A DNA stretch of 24,000 nt from Lactobacillus sp. ESL0701 (GTDB taxonomy: Bacteria; Bacillota; Bacilli; Lactobacillales; Lactobacillaceae): contig NZ_JAQTIC010000009.1 of the NCBI RefSeq assembly GCF_029433445.1, forward strand, positions 41,202-65,201. Direction: 5' to 3'. The first letter of the stretch is position 1. Each line of letters opens with the position of its first letter. The translations under genes were made by a program, and so were the position numbers. Positions 17,411 through 24,000 of the stretch are shown one piece after another. The notes beneath the pieces were generated by a model that was given only the letters and a program-made list of their open reading frames with translations, had not been told where the DNA came from and did not search any database.

Positions 17411-18148
17411 ATGTCGATGATCGAATTCCGCAATGTGCAGAAATTTTATGGTAAGTTTCATGCTTTACACGATATTAATCTAAAAATTGATCGGGGAGAA
17501 ACCGTTGTTTTAATTGGTCCCTCCGGTTCTGGTAAAAGTACGTTAATTCGGACAATTAACCAGTTAGAATCGATTGAAGGTGGGCAATTAATCGTTAATA
17601 ACCGCGATTTGTCAGACCCTAAGACTGACACCAATCTTTTGCGCCGCGATGTTGGAATGGTTTTTCAGCATTTTAATCTTTACGCGAATAAAAATGTTTT
17701 GGAAAACATTATGTTAGCACCGCGAATTGTAAGCCGTATGCCAGAAGCTGAAAATAAGCAGCGGGCACTAGAATTACTAAAAATGGTTGGCTTAGCTGAT
17801 AAGGCAGAGAACATGCCGTGCCAACTATCCGGCGGGCAAAAGCAACGGGTTGCAATTGCCCGGTCACTAGCAATGCGCCCTAAATTACTACTCTTTGACG
17901 AACCAACATCAGCACTTGATCCAGAGATGATTGATGAAGTATTGCAGGTTATCAAAAAAGTCACAACAGATAGTGACATGACTTCATTAATCGTGACGCA
18001 TGAAATGGGCTTTGCTAAAGAAGTAGCTAACCGCGTAATTTTTATGGATCAAGGTCACATTATCGAAGATGATGCCAGCCGAGACTTTTTCCAGCAGCCA
18101 CAAACTGAACGTGCACAACAATTTTTAAGTAAAATTATTGCGCATTAA
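17411..18148 (+). CDS. Polar amino-acid ABC transporter ATP-binding protein (GlnQ/ArtP-like)
   Basis: Walker A GPSGSGKST, signature LSGGQKQRVAIAR and Walker B LLLFDEPTSALD. The ATG at 17411 follows GAGGAG (17400-17405). The track start at 17360 is an unsupported extension. Confidence 0.9.
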   Translation: MSMIEFRNVQKFYGKFHALHDINLKIDRGETVVLIGPSGSGKSTLIRTINQLESIEGGQLIVNNRDLSDPKTDTNLLRRDVGMVFQHFNLYANKNVLENIMLAPRIVSRMPEAENKQRALELLKMVGLADKAENMPCQLSGGQKQRVAIARSLAMRPKLLLFDEPTSALDPEMIDEVLQVIKKVTTDSDMTSLIVTHEMGFAKEVANRVIFMDQGHIIEDDASRDFFQQPQTERAQQFLSKIIAH

Positions 18149-18160
18149 GGAGTGACCATC

Positions 18161-18976
18161 ATGAAAAAGAAATTTTGGTTAATTCCGGTTCTGTTTTGTA
18201 TGTTGTTTTTATCTGGCTGCCGGCAAAAGGTTGCCGATCAGGCAGTTTTGAAAAATGCGCAAAGCTCTAAGACAATTACTTGGGGTGTCGAAGCAGATAT
18301 GAAACTCTTTAGTTTGATTGACGTGCGTGACGATGTCCATAAGGGGTTCGAAATTGACCTTGCCAAAGCAATTACTAAGCAGATTTTAGGACCGAGCGGT
18401 CAAGCTAAGTTTGTGACCGCAACAGCTCAATCTCGGATTCCGCTGCTCAAAAATGGTAATGTGGATGCGGTAATTGCCACAATGTCGATCACTCCTGAGC
18501 GTAAAAAAGTAATTGATTTTTCTAATTCGTATTTCGATGCGGGCGAGTCCTTGCTTGTGCCAGTTCGTTCGAGCATTAAAAACGTGCATGATTTGAATGG
18601 GAAAACCGTTATCGGAATTGTTGGTGATAATTCTTCTGAAGTAGTTAAAAAGTTTGCTCCCAAGGCAAAAGTAATTGGGATGCAAAACTATGGTCAAGCT
18701 GTAAGTGCTTTGAAATCGCATCAAGGTGATGCCTTGGTGTCAGATAATGGGGTACTTTATGGCTTGGCAGTTGAAAATCCTAGTCTAGTTGTAACTGGTG
18801 GCACTTTTACCAAAGAACCGTATGGCATTGCCATTAATAAGCAGCAAAAGCCGTTTGAACGGGCGGTTAATCGTGCAATTACCCAGCTGCAGCATAGTGG
18901 GGAATACAATCACTTGATTAAAAAATGGTTTGGTCAAGTTCCTGGATTTAACTACAAGGAGATGTATCAACAATGA
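18161..18976 (+). CDS. Amino-acid ABC transporter substrate-binding lipoprotein
   Basis: MKKKFWLIPVLFCMLFLSGC is a signal peptide with lipobox LSGC. The body is a family-3 solute-binding protein (VDAVIATMSITPERKKVIDFS). The ATG at 18161 follows AAGGAG. Confidence 0.88.
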   Translation: MKKKFWLIPVLFCMLFLSGCRQKVADQAVLKNAQSSKTITWGVEADMKLFSLIDVRDDVHKGFEIDLAKAITKQILGPSGQAKFVTATAQSRIPLLKNGNVDAVIATMSITPERKKVIDFSNSYFDAGESLLVPVRSSIKNVHDLNGKTVIGIVGDNSSEVVKKFAPKAKVIGMQNYGQAVSALKSHQGDALVSDNGVLYGLAVENPSLVVTGGTFTKEPYGIAINKQQKPFERAVNRAITQLQHSGEYNHLIKKWFGQVPGFNYKEMYQQ

Positions 18977-19611
18977 TTAATATCTTTACCCATTTTGGTA
19001 GTCAACTTGTAGTTGGTCTGGGTTGGACTTTATTGTGCAGCTTGATTACCCTAGTTTTTAGTTCAATCATTGGAACTGTACTTGCGCTTTTGCAAATGTT
19101 GCCGAGTAAATTAGTTCATTTGTTGTGCCGAATCTATATTGAAGTCTTTCGTAATATTCCGTTGTTAGTCATTGTAATGTTCTTATACTTGATTATTCCG
19201 TTATATTTCTTTAAAATTAACGGCTTCACTGCCGGAACAATCGGCTTGACGCTCTACACGTCGGCATTTATTGCCGAAATTATCCGTTCTGGAATCCAGT
19301 CGGTTGAAGCGGGGCAGCTGGAAGGCGCCCGCTCAACAGGGATGACTTACTGGCAGGCAATGCGTTATGTGGTTTTGCCGCAAGCTTTTAAAATCGTTAT
19401 TCCATCTCTTGGCAATCAATTTGTCAATTTGATTAAGGATTCTTCTATTTTGGCCTTTGTGGCTGGGTTTGATTTGCTTTATCAAGCCAATGCGATTGCA
19501 TCAAAGACATTTGATACAATCAATAGTTATTTGGTGGTTGGTATATTGTACTTGCTTTTAACAATGCCATTAAGTTACTACATGCATTATTTAGAAAAGA
19601 AATTAAGCTAG
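18973..19611 (+). CDS. Amino-acid ABC transporter permease (His/Glu/Gln/Arg/opine family)
   Basis: A multi-TM protein with the EAA-loop region AEIIRSGIQSVEAGQLEGARSTGMTYWQAMRYVVLPQA. The start overlaps the SBP stop (ATGA). Confidence 0.88.
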   Translation: MINIFTHFGSQLVVGLGWTLLCSLITLVFSSIIGTVLALLQMLPSKLVHLLCRIYIEVFRNIPLLVIVMFLYLIIPLYFFKINGFTAGTIGLTLYTSAFIAEIIRSGIQSVEAGQLEGARSTGMTYWQAMRYVVLPQAFKIVIPSLGNQFVNLIKDSSILAFVAGFDLLYQANAIASKTFDTINSYLVVGILYLLLTMPLSYYMHYLEKKLS

Positions 19612-19624
19612 GAGGGCAAAAACG

Positions 19625-20278
19625 ATGCAAACTTGGACTAATGCTTTTTCGTGGATTAATATTCGCTTTTTATTATTGGGATTAAAGGTTACACTTTTCA
19701 TTTCCCTAATTGTAATGGTTTTGAGTTTTATTATTGGCTCATTACTGGGAATTTTACGTTTTGCTAAAATCAAGTACGTTTCGGCAACTGTCGGCTTTAT
19801 TGTTGATATTGTCAGAAACCTGCCGTTATTACTAATTATTTTCTTTACTTATTTTGGTTTACCTAACTTTGGTTTTCGCCCTGATGTTATTCCGGCAGCA
19901 ATCATTGCGATGACAGTTTTTGAATCTGGGATGATTGCAGAAATTGTGCGTTCAGGAATTCAATCGGTAGCACCCGGACAAATGGAAGGTGCCTGTTCAA
20001 CGGGAATGAATTTTGCCCAGACAATGTGGCATGTCGTCTTGCCACAGGCATATAAACACATAATCCCAACCCTTGTCAGTCAATTAGTATCACTGATTAA
20101 AGATACGTCACTAGCAACAATTATTGTTGTTCCTGAAATGACGCAGCAAGCACAAATTGTTTATGGTCAAAATGCTAACTTTACCTTGCCAATGTTTGTG
20201 GCTTTAGCACTACTTTATTTTGTAGTTTGCTTTACTTTGTCGATAGTGGGCAATCTGGTTGGTAAACAGTTAAGCTGA
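19625..20278 (+). CDS. Amino-acid ABC transporter permease, second paralogue
   Basis: It has the same EAA-loop signature (AEIVRSGIQSVAPGQMEGACSTGMNFAQTMWHVVLPQA). RBS AGGAGGG at 19610-19616. Confidence 0.88.
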   Translation: MQTWTNAFSWINIRFLLLGLKVTLFISLIVMVLSFIIGSLLGILRFAKIKYVSATVGFIVDIVRNLPLLLIIFFTYFGLPNFGFRPDVIPAAIIAMTVFESGMIAEIVRSGIQSVAPGQMEGACSTGMNFAQTMWHVVLPQAYKHIIPTLVSQLVSLIKDTSLATIIVVPEMTQQAQIVYGQNANFTLPMFVALALLYFVVCFTLSIVGNLVGKQLS

Positions 20279-20290
20279 TTTTAAATAGAA

Positions 20291-20338
20291 ATGCATTCAG
20301 ACAATTAGTTTTGATAATTGCTGGATGCATTTTTGTTT
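20291..20338 (+). terminator. Probable terminator of the ABC transporter operon
   Basis: atgcattcag (20291-20300) pairs with ctggatgcat (20321-20330), with one G-U pair, followed by ttttgttt. The 20-nt loop is large, so confidence is moderate. Confidence 0.5.
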
Positions 20339-20365
20339 GCACATCGAAAAGTTTTAGTCAACTTA

Positions 20366-20395
20366 TTGACAAGAATGTAGCAGTAGTACTATAAT
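20366..20395 (+). promoter_or_regulatory. Sigma-A promoter of the infC-rpmI-rplT operon
   Basis: -35 TTGACA (20366-20371), an 18-nt spacer, then -10 TATAAT (20390-20395). Confidence 0.75.
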
Positions 20396-20401
20396 TATTT
20401 A

Positions 20402-20521
20402 TTAGTTGAGAACAAGAAGAAGCTCCCGCTTCTCGCCTAAGTTAAGTTGACCTCTGGGCTAATCGATATTTTCTGTTGATTATGGGCGGGTAACTTAATA
20501 CTCGCCCTTTTTCTTGTCCTC
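20402..20521 (+). promoter_or_regulatory. L20 (rplT) ribosomal-protein leader / transcription attenuator upstream of infC
   Basis: The leader is about 120 nt and structured. There is a small hairpin gaagc-tccc-gcttc (20419-20432). An intrinsic terminator gggcggg/ctcgccc (20484-20507) is followed by tttttctt. A long-range complement pairs 20408-22 (gagaacaagaagaag) with 20507-21 (ctttttcttgtcctc), 14/15 including one G-U. The position matches the Firmicute L20-dependent attenuator. Confidence 0.6.
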
Positions 20522-20542
20522 AAATTAACACGGAGGTGAAGA

Positions 20543-21067
20543 ATTATACCAAGGAATTTAATATTAAACGATCAAATTCGTTCACGCGAAGTTCGTTTAA
20601 TTAATGCAGATGGTGATCAAGTTGGTGTAGTAACTAAGACTGAAGCATTACGGCAAGCAAGTGTTGCGAATTTAGATTTAGTTCTAATTTCGCCTAATGC
20701 TAAGCCACCAGTTGCCCGCATCATGGACTATGGTAAGTACCGTTTTGAACAACAAAAGAAACTCAAAGAGTCTCGTAAGAAGTCCAAGACTGTCAGCGTT
20801 AAAGAAATCCGTTTAAGTCCAACCATTGAAGGTAACGACTTTAACACTAAGTTAAAGCACGCGCAAAAGTTCCTCACTAAAGAGGGTGCTAAGGTTCGTG
20901 TTTCGATTCGGTTCAGAGGTCGTGCAATCACCCACAAGGAATTAGGACGTGAAGTGCTGGAGAAGATGGCTGAAGCCACTGCGGATATTGCTACTGTGAT
21001 TAGCAAACCGAAGATGGAAGGTCGTTCAATGTTCTTAATACTCGCTCCTAAGAGTGACAAAAAGTAA
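20543..21067 (+). CDS. infC: Translation initiation factor IF-3, non-AUG start
   Basis: The frame is open back to a TGA at 20537-20539. The translation (I)[65 protein letters not shown] is a full IF-3 N-domain. The only plausible starts are ATT at 20543 or ATA at 20546, after GGAGGTG (20532-20538). The ORF-track ATG at 20723 truncates the protein. Confidence 0.85.
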   Translation: MIPRNLILNDQIRSREVRLINADGDQVGVVTKTEALRQASVANLDLVLISPNAKPPVARIMDYGKYRFEQQKKLKESRKKSKTVSVKEIRLSPTIEGNDFNTKLKHAQKFLTKEGAKVRVSIRFRGRAITHKELGREVLEKMAEATADIATVISKPKMEGRSMFLILAPKSDKK

Positions 21068-21095
21068 AAATTAGTTAATTTGGAGGAATTGAAAA

Positions 21096-21296
21096 ATGCC
21101 TAAAATGAAAACCCACCGCGCTTCTGCAAAGCGTTTTAAGAGAACTGCTTCTGGTGAATTAAAGCGTCATCACGCATTTACTGGTCACCGTTTCCACGGC
21201 AAGACTAAGAAGCAACGTCGTCATTTGAGAAAGGCTGCATTAGTTTCACGCAGCGACTTGAAGCGCATCAAACAGATGCTCTCTCAAATGCGTTAA
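21096..21296 (+). CDS. rpmI: 50S ribosomal protein L35
   Basis: [27 protein letters not shown]... is the canonical L35 sequence. RBS GGAGGA lies upstream. Confidence 0.97.
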   Translation: MPKMKTHRASAKRFKRTASGELKRHHAFTGHRFHGKTKKQRRHLRKAALVSRSDLKRIKQMLSQMR

Positions 21297-21340
21297 TTAT
21301 CAAGTTAGACGAGAACAACGATATTTAGGAGGAATTTCAG

Positions 21341-21697
21341 ATGCCAAGAGTTAAAGGTGGAACAGTAACACGTAAACGTCGTAAGAAGGTTATGAAGCTT
21401 GCCAAGGGTTACCGTGGCGCAAAGCATATGCAATTTAAGGCTGCAAGTACACAATTATTTGTATCTTACAGATATGCATTCCGTGACCGTAGAAGACGTA
21501 AGAGCGAATTCAGAAAGTTATGGATTGCCAGAATCAATGCTGCAGCAAGACAAAATGATATTTCATATTCTAAGTTAATGCACGGCTTGAAAGTAGCTGG
21601 TGTTGACATTAACCGTAAGATGTTGGCTGACATTGCTTATAACGATTCAAAGACTTTTGCACAATTAGCAGAAACTGCTAAAAAAGCTTTAAATTAA
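21341..21697 (+). CDS. rplT: 50S ribosomal protein L20
   Basis: [29 protein letters not shown]... is the canonical L20 sequence. RBS AGGAGG lies upstream. Confidence 0.97.
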   Translation: MPRVKGGTVTRKRRKKVMKLAKGYRGAKHMQFKAASTQLFVSYRYAFRDRRRRKSEFRKLWIARINAAARQNDISYSKLMHGLKVAGVDINRKMLADIAYNDSKTFAQLAETAKKALN

Positions 21698-21704
21698 TTC
21701 AAAA

Positions 21705-21730
21705 ATGGCGCTTATGGCGCCGTTTTTTTA
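21705..21730 (+). terminator. Rho-independent terminator after rplT
   Basis: atggcgc / gcgccgt forms a stem around loop ttatg (21705-21723), followed by a T7 run. Confidence 0.8.
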
Positions 21731-21803
21731 TGTCAAAATTTATGACCTTGACGCTATTTTTTGATATATTAGACTAAGAATATGCTAGAAAAGGGGGAGC
21801 CAG

Positions 21804-22328
21804 ATGATATTCAGGCCACGTTACACAATTGATACAATCTATCATTTAGATACTGATGTACTCCATGAAATGGATGTTAAGGCAGTGTTCTCGGATTTAG
21901 ATAACACGCTAATTGCATGGAATGAGTTTGAGACGGCTAAGAAAATGGATCAGCTCAATCGCAGGCTGGCTGCTGCTGGTATTACGCTAGTTGTCATTTC
22001 AAATAATAATGCAGCTAGAGTCGGCAAGGTACTTAACCCGTATCATATTGAGTTTGTTGCTAAAGCCAAAAAGCCAATGCCTTTTGCAATTACGAAGAAG
22101 CGGCAGGAAATGGGTTTGACTAAGAAGCAGGTCATGATGGTTGGTGACCAGCTAATCACCGATATTCAAGCCGGTAACTTGGCTGGTGTTGAATCAGTAC
22201 TAGTTAAGCCACTAATTGAGACAGACAAGTGGAATACACGGATTAACCGCTTTTTTGAAAAAATCATCTTTTTCTTTTTAGCAATTTCTCACCGTGTAAC
22301 TTTTAAGGAGACATTAAAAAATGGATGA
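21804..22328 (+). CDS. yqeG: YqeG-family HAD phosphatase
   Basis: HAD motif I is FSDLDNTLIAW and motif III is MVGDQLITDI. The gene lies directly upstream of yqeH, as in Bacillus. RBS GGGGGAG. Confidence 0.85.
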   Translation: MIFRPRYTIDTIYHLDTDVLHEMDVKAVFSDLDNTLIAWNEFETAKKMDQLNRRLAAAGITLVVISNNNAARVGKVLNPYHIEFVAKAKKPMPFAITKKRQEMGLTKKQVMMVGDQLITDIQAGNLAGVESVLVKPLIETDKWNTRINRFFEKIIFFFLAISHRVTFKETLKNG

Positions 22329-23433
22329 TATTATTTGTATCGGTTGTGGCGCCAAGCTGCAATCTGATGACCCCAAGGAAGCCGGCTACTTGCCAGCTTC
22401 GCGACTTAAAAAGGCACTTGAAAGTGAAGCTGAGGCTAATGATCTTTATTGTCAACGCTGCTTTAGGCTGAGACACTACAATGAAATCATGCCGGTTGAT
22501 GTTGATAACGATGACTTTTTGGCACTACTCAATTCTCTAGCTGAAAAAAAGGCATTAATAGTTAATGTCGTTGACTTGTTTGACTTTACTAATTCACTCT
22601 TATCATCAATGAAACGTTTTGTCGGTGATAATGAATTAATTTTAGTTGGTAATAAGTTTGACTTGTTTCCACTTAATTCACGAGAAAGTAAAATTAAAGA
22701 TTGGATGCGGCAGGAAGCAAATCGAGTTGGACTGTTTCCAAAGAAGATTTTCTTAGTCAGTGCTGCTAAAAAGAAAAACTTAACTGATTTAATTGCTTAT
22801 TTAGATAAAAAGTCACGCAACGAAGATGTTTATTTTGTTGGGATGACTAACGTTGGCAAATCCACGTTATTAAACGCAATTATTGACCAGATGGGCGACA
22901 TCAAGAATTTAATTACGACATCGCGTTTCCCAGGGACGACGCTTGACCGAATTGAAATTCCACTGGAAAATGGTCATTTTTTGGTTGATACACCGGGAAT
23001 TATGTCGGAAAATCAATTGGCAACTCACCTTAATCCGCAAGATTTGGCTGCGATTTCACCGCAAAAGCCGCTTAAACCAGCAACTTATCAATTAAAGCCG
23101 GGCAATACCCTCTTTTTGGCGGGTCTAGGACGAATTGATTACTTAAAGGGCGAACCAACCAGCTTTACGGTCTATGTTGCTCGGGACTTGTATGTTCACC
23201 GGACAAAGACGGAAAATGCGGATGAATTTTATCAAAAGCATGTGGGGGACTTATTAACTCCTCCGTCAGAGGGTGAGAATTTGCCGGCACTCAAGGGTCA
23301 AGAAATGCATACGACTTATAAGAGTGACGTCTTATTTGGCGGAATTGGCTTTATTACGGTTCCAGCTGACTGTTTAGTTAAAATATACACGCCTGATAAG
23401 ATTGGTTTGGGAATTAGACGCGCGTTAATTTAG
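22321..23433 (+). CDS. yqeH: Ribosome biogenesis GTPase YqeH (circularly permuted GTPase)
   Basis: The N-terminal zinc finger is CIGCGAKLQ...CQRCFRL. The G motifs are permuted: G4 (GNKFDL) comes before G1 (GMTNVGKSTL) and G3 (DTPG). The start overlaps the yqeG end by 8 nt. Confidence 0.9.
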   Translation: MDDIICIGCGAKLQSDDPKEAGYLPASRLKKALESEAEANDLYCQRCFRLRHYNEIMPVDVDNDDFLALLNSLAEKKALIVNVVDLFDFTNSLLSSMKRFVGDNELILVGNKFDLFPLNSRESKIKDWMRQEANRVGLFPKKIFLVSAAKKKNLTDLIAYLDKKSRNEDVYFVGMTNVGKSTLLNAIIDQMGDIKNLITTSRFPGTTLDRIEIPLENGHFLVDTPGIMSENQLATHLNPQDLAAISPQKPLKPATYQLKPGNTLFLAGLGRIDYLKGEPTSFTVYVARDLYVHRTKTENADEFYQKHVGDLLTPPSEGENLPALKGQEMHTTYKSDVLFGGIGFITVPADCLVKIYTPDKIGLGIRRALI

Positions 23434-23442
23434 AGGCGAAGA

Positions 23443-24000
23443 ATGACGTTTGCAAAAAGTATTGAAAAAAAGCCGATAGTTCAAGTTGAAGAAGAAGAAA
23501 TTGCGCAAGCTCATGGACTGCAGATTGGGATTATGGGCGGCACTTTTAATCCGGTTCATTTAGCCCATCTGGTAGTTGCTGAGCAGGTTCTGACGAAGCT
23601 ACATTTAGATGAAATTTGGTTTATTCCAACAAATATTCCGCCGTTGAAAGATAAGCCGACTGTATCTGCGGAAGATCGAGCAAATATGCTAGAATTAGCA
23701 ACCCAGGACAATCCACGCTTTCGAGTAAAATTATTTGAATTGCTTCGCGGCGGCGTTTCTTATACAGTTGACACGCTGACTTATTTGCATGAAAAAGCAC
23801 CACAAAATCATTATTATTTGATTATGGGCAGCGATCAGGTTAATAATTTAAGTGAATGGAAAGAGCCACTTAAATTAGCCCAATTGGCAACTTTGGTTGG
23901 CATTAGGCGACCAGGCTATGAGCAAAAGCCGCAATTGCCAATGATTTGGGTTGATGTACCAGCAATTGACATCAGCTCAAGCTTAATTAGGCAAACAATC
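23443..24000 (+). CDS. nadD: Nicotinate-nucleotide adenylyltransferase, 5' part (3' end lies outside the window)
   Basis: The ATG at 23443 follows GAGG. The frame stays open to base 24000, which is why it is missing from the ORF track. It contains IGIMGGTFNPVHLAHL (the (H/T)xGH nucleotidyltransferase motif), then ...GGVSYTVDTL... and ISSSLIR. Confidence 0.88.
   Translation, partial: MTFAKSIEKKPIVQVEEEEIAQAHGLQIGIMGGTFNPVHLAHLVVAEQVLTKLHLDEIWFIPTNIPPLKDKPTVSAEDRANMLELATQDNPRFRVKLFELLRGGVSYTVDTLTYLHEKAPQNHYYLIMGSDQVNNLSEWKEPLKLAQLATLVGIRRPGYEQKPQLPMIWVDVPAIDISSSLIRQTI

Noticed and set aside
17680-17979. 99-aa minus-strand ORF inside the ABC ATPase gene. Similar antisense ORFs lie at 18386-18724 and 18427-18663 (in the SBP gene), 5512-5844 and 6070-6300 (in dnaB), 15556-16334 (in thrS), 1293-1499 and 2325-2519 (in polA), and 23621-23803 (in nadD).
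   Set aside because: All are embedded antisense in genes with strong family signatures. They are Ser/Leu/Cys-rich nonsense-like translations and are treated as shadow ORFs.
20728-21060. 110-aa minus-strand ORF
   Set aside because: It lies wholly antisense to the conserved infC coding region. It has no RBS, and its composition is that of a shadow frame.
23443-23532. N-terminal extension of about 25 aa on NadD before the IGIMGGTFNP motif, as a possible mis-start, and the absence of a yhbY-like gene between yqeH and nadD
   Set aside because: The only alternative ATG (23533) falls inside the conserved beta1-loop motif and would destroy it. The ATG at 23443 follows a GAGG, only 9 nt after the yqeH stop. 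The 9-nt gap leaves no room for another gene. This is treated as lineage-specific organisation and not an anomaly.

Overview
All real genes in this window are on the + strand. It reads as chromosomal DNA from a low-GC Firmicute, probably a Lactobacillus of the acidophilus/crispatus type; that is inferred from gene order and protein appearance, with no search run. The core backbone is murC (3' end), polA, mutM, coaE, nrdR, dnaB, dnaI, then T-box leader and thrS, a four-gene polar amino-acid ABC transporter, L20 leader with infC-rpmI-rplT, yqeG, yqeH and nadD (5' part). Between dnaI and the thrS promoter lies an AT-rich accessory block of about 7.7 kb (about 7280-15030) with no integrase or transposase. 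It encodes a Type I (IC-like) restriction-modification system with a PrrC-like anticodon nuclease between hsdS and hsdR, the classic prr-locus layout. The most unusual object is hsdS, about 608 aa with three target-recognition domains instead of two. A perfect (GAAC)7 tetranucleotide tract fuses the third TRD plus conserved helix in frame. I translated both other frames by hand, and each hits TAA within 9 nt of the tract, so gain or loss of one unit would restore a canonical two-TRD HsdS of about 390 aa. A separate 12-bp x3 in-frame repeat (LQSE x3) sits in the central conserved helix, where EcoR124I and EcoR124II differ in spacer length. dnaI shares the island's AT-rich composition rather than that of its neighbour dnaB. 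No tRNA, rRNA, CRISPR array or IS element was seen.
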